Assembly (NCBI GenBank): GCA_024958795.1
Contig: JANXHP010000021.1
Location: 1 to 50,107, forward strand
DNA length: 50,107 nucleotides
Direction: 5' to 3'
Source of the DNA: Candidatus Poseidoniaceae archaeon
GTDB taxonomy: Archaea; Thermoplasmatota; Poseidoniia; Poseidoniales; Poseidoniaceae
Shown here: piece after piece, positions 1 through 8,577 of the stretch
Layout: the number at the start of each line of letters is the position of its first letter
Numbering within the stretch: the stretch's first letter is position 1
Notes under the pieces: model-generated
Database searches by the model: none
Seen by the model: the letters and a program-made list of their open reading frames with translations, nothing else
Told to the model about the DNA's origin: nothing
Made by a program: the position numbers and the translations under genes

Positions 1-1373
1 GAAGACATTACAAATAATTCCAACAGTACCATACCTTGCAGACTTCTACCATCTGCACCAATTACGCGATGTATACTTACTTCTCTTCGCCTTTGTTCAA
101 GTGAAAGAACAAGACCATAAATCAAAACTGACAACGAAAGAATGACAATTGGAATCATGATAATATAATCAAATATTTGTATTAGACCAAGGAAAATATC
201 GAGGAATATTATGGTGCCTCCAATAATGTCAGTATAGTACAATTCAACGCCTTCATCAGTATAATTTCCCTCTTGCACCCTTGTTCCAAGGTCTTCAAGC
301 CATTCAGCGGCATCATCTGTGGAAGTAGTCGGTAATTGACCTCGGTCAACTGTAACACCAAGATACATGTGATCATTGTTGATTAATATTGAACGCTGTG
401 ATTCATTAAGAACTTCCCATGTTGTAAAGATTGGATTTGGTCCAAGTGTTGGATTGCCTAGATCCCATGGGTCATAGACGCCAACAACTGTCAAATTAGT
501 TGCAGTCATCATCATTCGGCAGTAGATCATTTCATTGATTTCAGGAGTTATTTCTCCATCACAATTATCGCTTGTAACACTACCTTCAAGCAAAGTTGAT
601 TCATCAACAACATAAGCAAAAGTCAGTGATTCAAGGGAATCACCCACATTGGCCTTAGCCTGAGAAGCAACTGTAGAAGGAAGAATTATTCCGCGTTGTG
701 CACTCATATTTTCAGGTGAAGGCCATTCTCCCATTCCAGAAATAATATTGCCACCAAGACGATTTGCAAATTCTCCATCAAACGCCTCAGGTCCTAGGAA
801 ACGAATAGAACGCATATCTGAAATTGGAGGTCCTGATTCTGCTAACTCTGGATAACTAAAAGTGATATTATCCCAATAAGGATTTGAATCATCATAAATT
901 GAATTCATCTCAAGTGGTTGTGCAACAATAAATTCTTGATTGAAGAATCCACCACTATGTATTCCTTGCCGCCCTAACACAAGTGTACAATCAGTAAATT
1001 CATTAAATTCTAACATTAACTCATCACATACATTGGTCATGGTTGTGGAGTTATTAGACCATCCTGAAGAGGTCTCTGTAGGGGTTCTAGCGAATTCTAT
1101 TTTCGCATCAAATGGTTCACCTTTGAGAGATTCTTCAAAGAATAATTGCGATAAACCTACTCCATATGAAAGAACAGTAGTAATTACCAATGAAGCAAGG
1201 AAAACACCTGCAATAACAGCAAGTCCACGTTCTTTACCACGCCAAGCGCTCAATCCTGCCAGACGAAGTTGCCCCGGAGTCTCAGTCACCTTACGCATCA
1301 TTCGCATAGGGAAATTTAGAGATTGAGCAAAATCACTTGGCTTCAATTCAACCAATTCCTTCTCATTACTCAT
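1..1373 (-). CDS. ABC transporter permease, FtsX/MacB-like (3' end runs off the window)
   Basis: Not in the ORF track. Translated by hand from the ATG at 1373, which overlaps the ATPase stop (ATGA): MSNEKEL...RGLAVIAGVFLASLVITTVLSYG (TM1), a large external loop, then IPIVILSLSVLIYGLVLSLEQRRREVSIHRVIGA, the typical FtsX motif. Frame is open to the window edge. Confidence 0.9.
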   Translation of the reverse strand, partial: MSNEKELVELKPSDFAQSLNFPMRMMRKVTETPGQLRLAGLSAWRGKERGLAVIAGVFLASLVITTVLSYGVGLSQLFFEESLKGEPFDAKIEFARTPTETSSGWSNNSTTMTNVCDELMLEFNEFTDCTLVLGRQGIHSGGFFNQEFIVAQPLEMNSIYDDSNPYWDNITFSYPELAESGPPISDMRSIRFLGPEAFDGEFANRLGGNIISGMGEWPSPENMSAQRGIILPSTVASQAKANVGDSLESLTFAYVVDESTLLEGSVTSDNCDGEITPEINEMIYCRMMMTATNLTVVGVYDPWDLGNPTLGPNPIFTTWEVLNESQRSILINNDHMYLGVTVDRGQLPTTSTDDAAEWLEDLGTRVQEGNYTDEGVELYYTDIIGGTIIFLDIFLGLIQIFDYIIMIPIVILSLSVLIYGLVLSLEQRRREVSIHRVIGADGRSLQGMVLLELFVMS

Positions 1374-2083
1374 TCTTCTTCACCTCCAAGTCCCCAAGCA
1401 GAACGAATATCAGATGCTTTAGTCACTCCATCGGTAAGCAATAGCATCCTGTCAGCATTAGATGCTAAGTCTGGGTCGTGTGTCACCATCAATATTGAAA
1501 TTGGGTTTGTTTCGTCATGACAAAGGTCTTTGAATAATTGTAATACTTCTTTACCGCTTGCAATGTCTAAATTTCCTGTCGGTTCATCAGCAAGAAGTAG
1601 TGGGCGATCACCTGCAATCGCCCTAGCGATAGCAACACGTTGTTGCTGCCCACCGGACAATTGATCTGGAATGTGTTCCATTCTATCTTCAAGTCCAACC
1701 TTCACTAGTGCTTTACGAGCTGCTTTTTCAGCATCCATGGATGACATTCCTGATAACTCGAGCGCCATAGCCACATTGTCTATTGCCGTTAGATGTTCTA
1801 GTAAATGAAAATCTTGAAAAATCCATCCAACATATTCGCGCCTAATATCAACAACATTTGACGGACTTTTTTGTCCATATGTCTTATCTTTTAGAGTAAT
1901 TGTACCACTTTCGGCTGGTAATAATCCACCAATAATATTGAGCAGTGTAGATTTCCCGCATCCAGAAGGACCCATTAGAGCAACTAATTCACCCAGTTCA
2001 AGTTTCATGTTGACGCCATTAAGAACTTCTAAACGATTAGCACCAGTGCCGAAGCCTTTCTTTAAGACATCAACACTGAGCAT
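1370..2083 (-). CDS. ABC transporter ATP-binding protein (LolD/MacB-type)
   Basis: Walker A GPSGCGKST, signature LSGGQQQRVAIARA, Walker B LLLADEPTGNLD, H-loop VTHD. Confidence 0.95.
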   Translation of the reverse strand: MLSVDVLKKGFGTGANRLEVLNGVNMKLELGELVALMGPSGCGKSTLLNIIGGLLPAESGTITLKDKTYGQKSPSNVVDIRREYVGWIFQDFHLLEHLTAIDNVAMALELSGMSSMDAEKAARKALVKVGLEDRMEHIPDQLSGGQQQRVAIARAIAGDRPLLLADEPTGNLDIASGKEVLQLFKDLCHDETNPISILMVTHDPDLASNADRMLLLTDGVTKASDIRSAWGLGGEEE

Positions 2084-2180
2084 ACCTAATCAGTACTATC
2101 GCATAGACAATAATATATCAAAGATACTTCAACAATATCAGTACAGTGATATAGAACAATTGGCTAATGATGGCCTATAT

Positions 2181-2288
2181 TTATCGCTTGAAAAAGTTGA
2201 TCCAAGAAAAGAATTTTATTCCATTCGTTATTTCCTGTTGTTCCATTATTTGCTCAACATATGTTTCTAATTCAATATCCATTTTCAT
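2181..2288 (-). CDS. Putative 35-aa small protein MKMDIELETYVEQIMEQQEITNGIKFFSWINFFKR
   Basis: Hand translation, ATG at 2288 to TAA at 2181. Preceded by purine-rich GGGTAAGTG and a structured element. Fills an otherwise empty gap. Confidence 0.4.
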   Translation of the reverse strand: MKMDIELETYVEQIMEQQEITNGIKFFSWINFFKR

Positions 2289-2290
2289 CA

Positions 2291-2372
2291 CTTACCCGGG
2301 CCTGTTCAAACTGCTCCGTTGGTGTAAAATGTAAAGCGCACCCTATATTAACAGGTGGTAAAGTTGCCAACA
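2291..2372 (-). promoter_or_regulatory. Candidate structured RNA leader (nested stems)
   Basis: Nested complementary pairs (+ strand letters): TTACC 2292-2296/GGTAA 2357-2361, CCTGTT 2301-2306/AACAGG 2350-2355, GGTG 2321-2324/CACC 2339-2342; alternative GTTGG 2318-2322/CCAAC 2367-2371. GC-richer than its flanks. Confidence 0.4.
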
Positions 2373-2411
2373 CGCAGGTGTAAAAAATAAATTAAGTAGT
2401 ATTTACAACAT

Positions 2412-3461
2412 CTATTCTTCATTTGTTCTGCGTGCAAACATTTCATCGTTCACTTTCAGATTGAGTAGTATTTCGCCAAAATCTCTCGCATAAGCACATT
2501 GTCTGCGTAGAGATTCAGACAACTTGAATTCGAATAATATCGTTGCCGCTTTTTTCTTGCTCTTCATCAGTTCTTCCTCATGTGATTCAAGTAATCCTTG
2601 CGCTTGCTTTAACTCGTTTCTAGCAGATTCAATTCTTGTTGATTGTTTGGTTCTAATATTTATCATCAATTCTTTCAAGGCCTCTAGCCACTGTGGAATT
2701 GCACATAATGGTGCTGAATCGGGTGATAAATTGGGCATTTCAAATTCTAGGAGGTAAGTGCCGATTTGAAATGCGTGGTCCATCATTCGCTCTAAGCTGC
2801 GAGCCAAATTCGAGTACTCAAGCGCTTGGTGTCGGCTCACTTTTAATGATGAAGCTACCAGATGAGAATCTAATGCAACTCTAACTTGTCGCTCAACCAG
2901 ATATAACATTGCATCCACATCCGCTTCTCGTTCTGCTACATCCTCGATTAATTCTATACCCTCTCCATCAAAGACCAATAAAATATCTCTCATCAATGAA
3001 ACCAGTTGTGAATACATTCTGTTCAAACTTGCATACAAGGGCATCTCACCACTATTCAACAAACAAACCATTCTCATAGTATTATTATCTTCAGTTATTA
3101 TCTCAAAGCCACGTGTATTTTTCAAAAAACGCCTAATCTCTGCCTGGTATTGCTTGTTGTTGCTTGTAATGTTAGTAATAATAATTTCATCAGCACCTGA
3201 GATATACGCTCCCATTAGATGATCATGCAAACTATCAAAATTTATTTCTTTACAACTAAATATTGCTCTTTGGTATTTGTTTTCAAACATGTCAAGTGGA
3301 GTTATTCTCAAAGCACCACTCGGCCTCCAATCTATTCTAAGAGGATTTTTTGCTTGTATTGAATTCTCAACGACCCATGCTTTAGGAAGGCTGATCGTAT
3401 AGGTTGCTCCACCTGTAAGTTGTACTTTCCGCACCTCATATCCACCAGCACCTTCAGCCAT
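2412..3461 (-). CDS. phoU: Phosphate uptake regulator (N-terminal AbrB/SpoVT domain + PhoU domain)
   Basis: N-terminal RKVQLTGGATYTISLPKAW (archaeal AbrB-PhoU signature) and PhoU-like ARSLERMMDHA. Start moved to the ATG at 3461 because the longer ORF overlaps the pit gene. Confidence 0.88.
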   Translation of the reverse strand: MAEGAGGYEVRKVQLTGGATYTISLPKAWVVENSIQAKNPLRIDWRPSGALRITPLDMFENKYQRAIFSCKEINFDSLHDHLMGAYISGADEIIITNITSNNKQYQAEIRRFLKNTRGFEIITEDNNTMRMVCLLNSGEMPLYASLNRMYSQLVSLMRDILLVFDGEGIELIEDVAEREADVDAMLYLVERQVRVALDSHLVASSLKVSRHQALEYSNLARSLERMMDHAFQIGTYLLEFEMPNLSPDSAPLCAIPQWLEALKELMINIRTKQSTRIESARNELKQAQGLLESHEEELMKSKKKAATILFEFKLSESLRRQCAYARDFGEILLNLKVNDEMFARRTNEE

Positions 3462-3537
3462 AAACGCACCAATATATATTGACCTATATAGATTACCTAT
3501 AATGTTCAATATATACCGATAGCAACTAGAATGGTAC
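3462..3537. promoter_or_regulatory. Divergent phoU/pit promoter region with AT-rich palindromes and repeats
   Basis: Palindromes CAATATATATTG (3470-3481) and CTATATAG (3484-3491); ACCTATA twice (3482, 3495); CAATATATA twice (3470, 3507). TATA-like elements lie about 29-30 nt from both start codons. Confidence 0.6.
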
Positions 3538-5631
3538 ATGGAACCAACCACCTTGCTCCTAGGAACCGCTTTTATTGTGTGTGCATATATGGCTTGGAAC
3601 ATAGGCGCTAACGATGTTGCAAATGCAATGGGGACTTCGGTTGGTTCTGGCGCATTGACCCTACGTAGAGCGATTATTGTCGCTGCAGTGTTCGAGTTTT
3701 GTGGTGCTGTATTCTTTGGTAGTCATGTTACTGAAACGATTCGTAAAGGTGTTTTAGACTTCGGAGATACTGGTTTTTCAGAGGAGTTAAGTCAAAAATT
3801 AATGTACGGATTTATGGCAGCATTATTGGCTGCTGCTATTTGGCTAACTATCGCCACTAGATTTGGGATGCCTGTCTCAACCACACACAGTATCGTCGGT
3901 GGTGTCATCGGCATGGGATTATACATTCAACCTTCTTCTGTAAATTGGGGTAAAGTGCTAGAAATTGTATTGAGTTGGGTTGCATCTCCTTTGTTAGGAG
4001 GTATTCTTGCATTCATCTCATTCTATGTTATCAAGCGGCTTATTTTCAATGATGAAGATCCGCTTAAACAAACCAAAAAATTAGCACCGGTTCTTGCTTT
4101 ACCTACATTTTTTGTCCTAGGTCTTGCATTTCAATTCAAAGCACTGAAAGGATTTTACTCAAATCTTGATTCTGCTGGATATATAGACAAGTCCAAATGG
4201 TTACCGGCAAAAGAAGGCTCTACCTTCAATCCATTCGCCGATGGCGCTTGGATTCCAATTAACAGTCTAGCAGTTGCTCTAGCAATCGGAATTATCTCAA
4301 GCTCAATTCTATATCTTGTTCTAAGGCGTTATCAATTCAAAGAAGAAGGAATGGAAGGTAGTGAACGTGTATTCATTTGGTTACAGATCATTACAGCATG
4401 TTATGTAGCATTTGCACATGGTGCGAATGATGTTGCAAATGCGATTGGCCCTATGGCAGCAATTTGGGATATTGCAACATCCACAACTGGTACATTGTCC
4501 GATGGTAATGTTGGAGTGCCGTTATTCCTATTGCTAATAGGTGGAATTGGAATTACCATCGGTGTAGCGACATGGGGCTACAAAGTAATGGATACTATCG
4601 GCAAGAAAATAACTCATATTACTCCTTCAAGAGGTTTTGCTGCTGAGTTTGGTGCTGCAACTACAGTACTAATCTTCTCAATGCCATTCCTGGCTGTTCC
4701 GATTTCAACAACCCACACTTTAGTCGGTGCAGTTGTTGGTGTTGGACTTGCAGGTGGTGCAGGTGCTGTTGATTTCAGAGTATTTGCAAAGATTGCAGCA
4801 AGTTGGGTGGCAAGCCTGCCAATCGCTGGTGCAGGGGCTGTTGTTTTCGTAATCCTATTCGCTGGAACTCCAATCAATGTAGCAATAGTGACATTACTCT
4901 CAATCGCGTTAACTTTGGCGGTTGTGATGCGTCCTGACAGTAAAGAAGAAAGGAAAGAGGATTTGGTGGATACAACTCCTTACGACACCTTAGATTCAAC
5001 GCCGTTTGATATGTTCTATGAGCATGCAAAGGCTGTTGAAAAGACTGTTGAGCATATGCTAACTGCAGTTACTGCTGCATCACTAGGAAAAGATGCTAGC
5101 AAGCACATTACTGCAACAATTGCTGCAGAATTAGACGCTGATAATATCAAAACAGATCTGCGTAATCACGTAGGAACTGGAGTAAGGGTTGCAATCGGGC
5201 GAGATACATTCTTGCATATGCTTTCACGCCAAGATAGGATTGCTGATTATGCACAAAATGTTGCTGAACAGATTTCATTTAGAGAATTAATGATCGATGA
5301 TAAAGCAAGAGAGAATTTGAAGGAGATGGCTGAAGCAGTCCACTTAACCGTTCAGAAGTATTCTGAAACAGTGGACCAACTAAATGTCTTGACTCAATCT
5401 GGGTTTGCTCCAAAGCAAAAAGTTGTTCTCAATGATTTGATTCTAGAGGTTAATCTTCTCGAACATGGGGCTGATGAACGCGAGAGTATTGCTGCTGCCT
5501 ATGTATTCTCTGAAGGTGATGACAAGCCGCTAGCGGCTATGCACATGTACAGAATCCTGCAACGCTTAGACGATGTAGCAAATGCTGCTGAGAAGGCTGC
5601 TAATGCGTTTTTACCGATGATAAATAAGTGA
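3538..5631 (+). CDS. pitA: Inorganic phosphate transporter (PiT/PHO4) fused to a C-terminal DUF47 (PhoU-like) domain
   Basis: Two GANDVANA motifs plus PVSTTHS/PISTTHT. The C-terminal ~210 aa are soluble and helical, with ELDADNIK, QDRIADYAQ, EHGADERE and LDDVANAAE (DUF47-like). Confidence 0.9.
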   Translation: MEPTTLLLGTAFIVCAYMAWNIGANDVANAMGTSVGSGALTLRRAIIVAAVFEFCGAVFFGSHVTETIRKGVLDFGDTGFSEELSQKLMYGFMAALLAAAIWLTIATRFGMPVSTTHSIVGGVIGMGLYIQPSSVNWGKVLEIVLSWVASPLLGGILAFISFYVIKRLIFNDEDPLKQTKKLAPVLALPTFFVLGLAFQFKALKGFYSNLDSAGYIDKSKWLPAKEGSTFNPFADGAWIPINSLAVALAIGIISSSILYLVLRRYQFKEEGMEGSERVFIWLQIITACYVAFAHGANDVANAIGPMAAIWDIATSTTGTLSDGNVGVPLFLLLIGGIGITIGVATWGYKVMDTIGKKITHITPSRGFAAEFGAATTVLIFSMPFLAVPISTTHTLVGAVVGVGLAGGAGAVDFRVFAKIAASWVASLPIAGAGAVVFVILFAGTPINVAIVTLLSIALTLAVVMRPDSKEERKEDLVDTTPYDTLDSTPFDMFYEHAKAVEKTVEHMLTAVTAASLGKDASKHITATIAAELDADNIKTDLRNHVGTGVRVAIGRDTFLHMLSRQDRIADYAQNVAEQISFRELMIDDKARENLKEMAEAVHLTVQKYSETVDQLNVLTQSGFAPKQKVVLNDLILEVNLLEHGADERESIAAAYVFSEGDDKPLAAMHMYRILQRLDDVANAAEKAANAFLPMINK

Positions 5632-5757
5632 TTGTGACATTTGCACTAATCGCGAAGTTGAAACCGGATTGACAATAGCATTGGCTAACCGAGCCAGTTC
5701 CCGAAGTAGATGCACTCGCATCTCGACAGTGGAAATCAGGCTGAGGAAGTGAACCCT

Positions 5758-6765
5758 ATGGGTATGGATTTAGCACTAAAAGCAAAATTGCAAAAGCAAA
5801 GATATCACATTGTTGGTGAACATGGTGGTGTCAAAACCTGCCATTGGACAAAAGAGTCACTGCTACGAGATCGTCAATGTTACAAAGGAAAATTTTACGG
5901 TATAGCAAGCCACAATTGTATGCAAATGTCACCTGTGGTAGACCAATGTAACCTCGCTTGCACATACTGTTGGAGAGAACCTCATATGGATACTCTAGAA
6001 CTTACTGACCAGGACCCACTTGACATGCTGTATGAATCAGTACGTGCACAACGACGATTGTTATCTGGATTCAAGGGTAATGATAAGGTGCCAAGAGAAA
6101 AATGGTTAGATGCTCAAAATCCAAAGCATGTCGCTATCTCACTCAATGGAGAACCTACTCTTTACACACGACTTTCTGAATACATGGATTTATGCCATAA
6201 GCACGGAATGACTACTATGCTTGTTACAAATGGAACACTGCCTAAAGTTCTAGAAAACCTTGACACATTACCAACTCAACTCTATGTTTCATTTGATGCT
6301 CCAAATAAGAAAGTCTTTGATGCAGTATGCAAACCAAAATGGAATGCTAATGCTTGGGATAAATTTGAAGAAACTGTTGATTTATTACCTTCTTTAGATA
6401 CTAGAATTGTGGCTAGGCACACATTGATGAAAGGAATCAATATGTCAGATGAACATATTTCTCAATTCGCAGCATTAGATAATAGGGCAGACCCAGATTT
6501 TATTGAAAATAAGGGCTATGTATTTGTTGGACACAGTAGGGAAAATCTATCGATGGAAAATATGCCAAGTCATGATGACATTATGCAATTCTCAAACAAA
6601 ATCGCACCCCTAACTGGAAGGGAAGTTCTTTCCGATTCTCGGCCGAGTAGAGTCGCATTAGTTGGTCATGAAATTAGTCCAATTCCAATTCCTGAAGCTA
6701 CAATGTTCTTCCCTGATGATTTGGGAATCGCACCATCTGTCAAGCATCTGACAATGGCTAACTGA
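5758..6765 (+). CDS. taw1: 4-demethylwyosine synthase (radical SAM, Taw1/TYW1)
   Basis: KTCHWT, CYKGKFYGIASHNCMQMSP, CNLACTYCWR (CxxxCxxC), HVAISLNGEPT, PTQLYVS. Start more likely at 5758 than 5710. Confidence 0.95.
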   Translation: MGMDLALKAKLQKQRYHIVGEHGGVKTCHWTKESLLRDRQCYKGKFYGIASHNCMQMSPVVDQCNLACTYCWREPHMDTLELTDQDPLDMLYESVRAQRRLLSGFKGNDKVPREKWLDAQNPKHVAISLNGEPTLYTRLSEYMDLCHKHGMTTMLVTNGTLPKVLENLDTLPTQLYVSFDAPNKKVFDAVCKPKWNANAWDKFEETVDLLPSLDTRIVARHTLMKGINMSDEHISQFAALDNRADPDFIENKGYVFVGHSRENLSMENMPSHDDIMQFSNKIAPLTGREVLSDSRPSRVALVGHEISPIPIPEATMFFPDDLGIAPSVKHLTMAN

Positions 6766-6768
6766 TTA

Positions 6769-7374
6769 TTAATTAGGGAATTCAACTAGTGAATCTCCTT
6801 CAAACCATTGCTTATTTTTCTTCATACACATTTTGAATTCATCACTTGCCAGGTTATTGGCTAACCAATTGTGAATATTTGTCCAAGGTTGAATATCAAA
6901 CCATTCTCTATCATGATTAGCAAATTGGCGAACAAATGGGAATAATGAATCATTTAGATCTGCATTTTGTTCAAAACTCTGAAGATTTGCATCTAAATCG
7001 TCAAGGTAGATTACTGCTGCATTTCTTTGTTCTATCACATCAATATCCTCATAGCGATTAGGATATTTGTAACGGTCCAGGTGAAATTTAAATTCAAAAT
7101 CATTTCTTTCAATCCAAATTGATTCTTCTTTACTTAGTTGCCAGTCGAGAACATATTGCATAATCTCAAGACTTTCCTCAATGACCGTTCCATCTGGTAA
7201 TAACAAAACTGGCACTGTACCTTTTGGAGAAATTTGCATCATATGGGCTGGTCTATCGCGAAGAACTACTTCTCTATGCTCAACTTTGAAGCCTTTTCTA
7301 ACAATTGACATACGGGCGCGTATTGCATAAGGACAACGCCTAAAAGAATACAAAATTGGTAGCGCTGTGGTCAT
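6769..7374 (-). CDS. Glutathione S-transferase family protein
   Basis: LYSFRRCPYAIRAR, SPKGTVPVL, ESLEIM, FKFHLDRYKY, PFVRQFA. Start moved to 7374 to avoid overlap with gmd. Confidence 0.9.
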   Translation of the reverse strand: MTTALPILYSFRRCPYAIRARMSIVRKGFKVEHREVVLRDRPAHMMQISPKGTVPVLLLPDGTVIEESLEIMQYVLDWQLSKEESIWIERNDFEFKFHLDRYKYPNRYEDIDVIEQRNAAVIYLDDLDANLQSFEQNADLNDSLFPFVRQFANHDREWFDIQPWTNIHNWLANNLASDEFKMCMKKNKQWFEGDSLVEFPN

Positions 7375-7396
7375 AATAAACCACTCCAATTCAATC

Positions 7397-8461
7397 TCAC
7401 TCTGGTGGAATAGGTGGCTCATAACCACCCTTGACCGCTTCTTCTACAATGTTCATATCAGAGTCGACCATCATCGCGACTAATTCTTCAAAAGAAGTAC
7501 TTGGAACCCAACCTAACTCCTTACGAGATAAAGCTGGGTCGCCAATGAGTAAGTCAACTTCAGCAGGGCGGAAGAATTTCGGATTGGTTCTAACTCGAAC
7601 TACACCGTTTTGGTCTGTAGCAATAACATCTACGCCCTCTCCAGACCAGGTTAATTCCATTCCTACATGGGAAAATGCAAGATTGATCATATCCTTGACA
7701 CTGTGTGTGCGGCCAGTTGCAACTACGAAATCAAATGGTGTATCTTGTTGTAACATGCGCCATTGCATCTCGACATAATCTCCTGCAAATCCCCAGTCAC
7801 GCTTCGCTTCAACATTACCAATCCATAGATTCTCATCGATACCATGGGCGATACGTGCTGCGGTCATGGTGACCTTGCGAGTGACGAATTCAAGTCCACG
7901 GCGTGGGCTTTCGTGATTGAATAGAATCCCAGTACAAGCAAACATATCGTATGATTCACGATAGTTTCTAGTGATTTCAAATGCGAAAACCTTGGCACAT
8001 CCATAAGGTGAACGTGGATGGAATGGAGTAGCTTCAGTTTGAGGTACTTCATGCACCTTGCCGAATTGCTCACTGGAACCTGCCTGGTAATAACGACAGT
8101 TTGGAGCGTTCTTACGAATAGCTTCAAGGCAACGAAGAGCGCCCAATCCAGTAATATCTGCTGTCATCATTGGTGAGCGCCATGATTCAGGGACGAATGA
8201 CATTGCACCAAGATTGTAAAACTCGTCTGGTTGACAAGCGGTAACTGCATTATCAATCGAAGATTGGTCTGTTAAATCACCATTGATTAAATGGAATTTT
8301 TCATTACTCATTAGGTGGTTTATGAGGTTGCGTCCAACAGTTGGTTGTGACACACGTCTAACGAATCCATAGACTTCGTATCCCTTTTCTAATAGTAATT
8401 CTGCAAGGTAAGAACCATCTTGTCCTGTGACACCCGTAATCATCGCTGTCTTGCCGGTCAT
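7397..8461 (-). CDS. gmd: GDP-mannose 4,6-dehydratase
   Basis: ITGVTGQDGSYLAELLL, PRSPYGCAK (YxxxK), GILFNHESPRRG, FRPAEVDLLIGD. Confidence 0.95.
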   Translation of the reverse strand: MTGKTAMITGVTGQDGSYLAELLLEKGYEVYGFVRRVSQPTVGRNLINHLMSNEKFHLINGDLTDQSSIDNAVTACQPDEFYNLGAMSFVPESWRSPMMTADITGLGALRCLEAIRKNAPNCRYYQAGSSEQFGKVHEVPQTEATPFHPRSPYGCAKVFAFEITRNYRESYDMFACTGILFNHESPRRGLEFVTRKVTMTAARIAHGIDENLWIGNVEAKRDWGFAGDYVEMQWRMLQQDTPFDFVVATGRTHSVKDMINLAFSHVGMELTWSGEGVDVIATDQNGVVRVRTNPKFFRPAEVDLLIGDPALSRKELGWVPSTSFEELVAMMVDSDMNIVEEAVKGGYEPPIPPE

Positions 8462-8577
8462 GTTTTACCCTGCGACTTATCTCTTTTCAATTGGTCGCGT
8501 TAAAGTTATCACATTTTCTAACAATAATTTACCCTTTTGTGGGTTCAAATTAAGGTTGTAAGTCATGACAGCATTGC

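Noticed and set aside
940-1520. Plus-strand ORFs 940-1326 and 1323-1520
   Set aside because: They are antisense shadows of the ABC permease and ATPase genes and carry no motifs.
1938-2270. 110-aa plus-strand ORF
   Set aside because: It overlaps the ABC ATPase antisense, starts at TTG and has no recognisable features.
2245-2291. GTGATGA (minus strand) as box C of a C/D sRNA
   Set aside because: No convincing CUGA/CCGA D boxes or C' box at proper spacing; it is better explained as the start region of the small ORF.
5731-5785. CTGAGGA near GAAA as a hammerhead ribozyme core
   Set aside because: The required GAAA does not follow a stem II, and three closing stems cannot be built.
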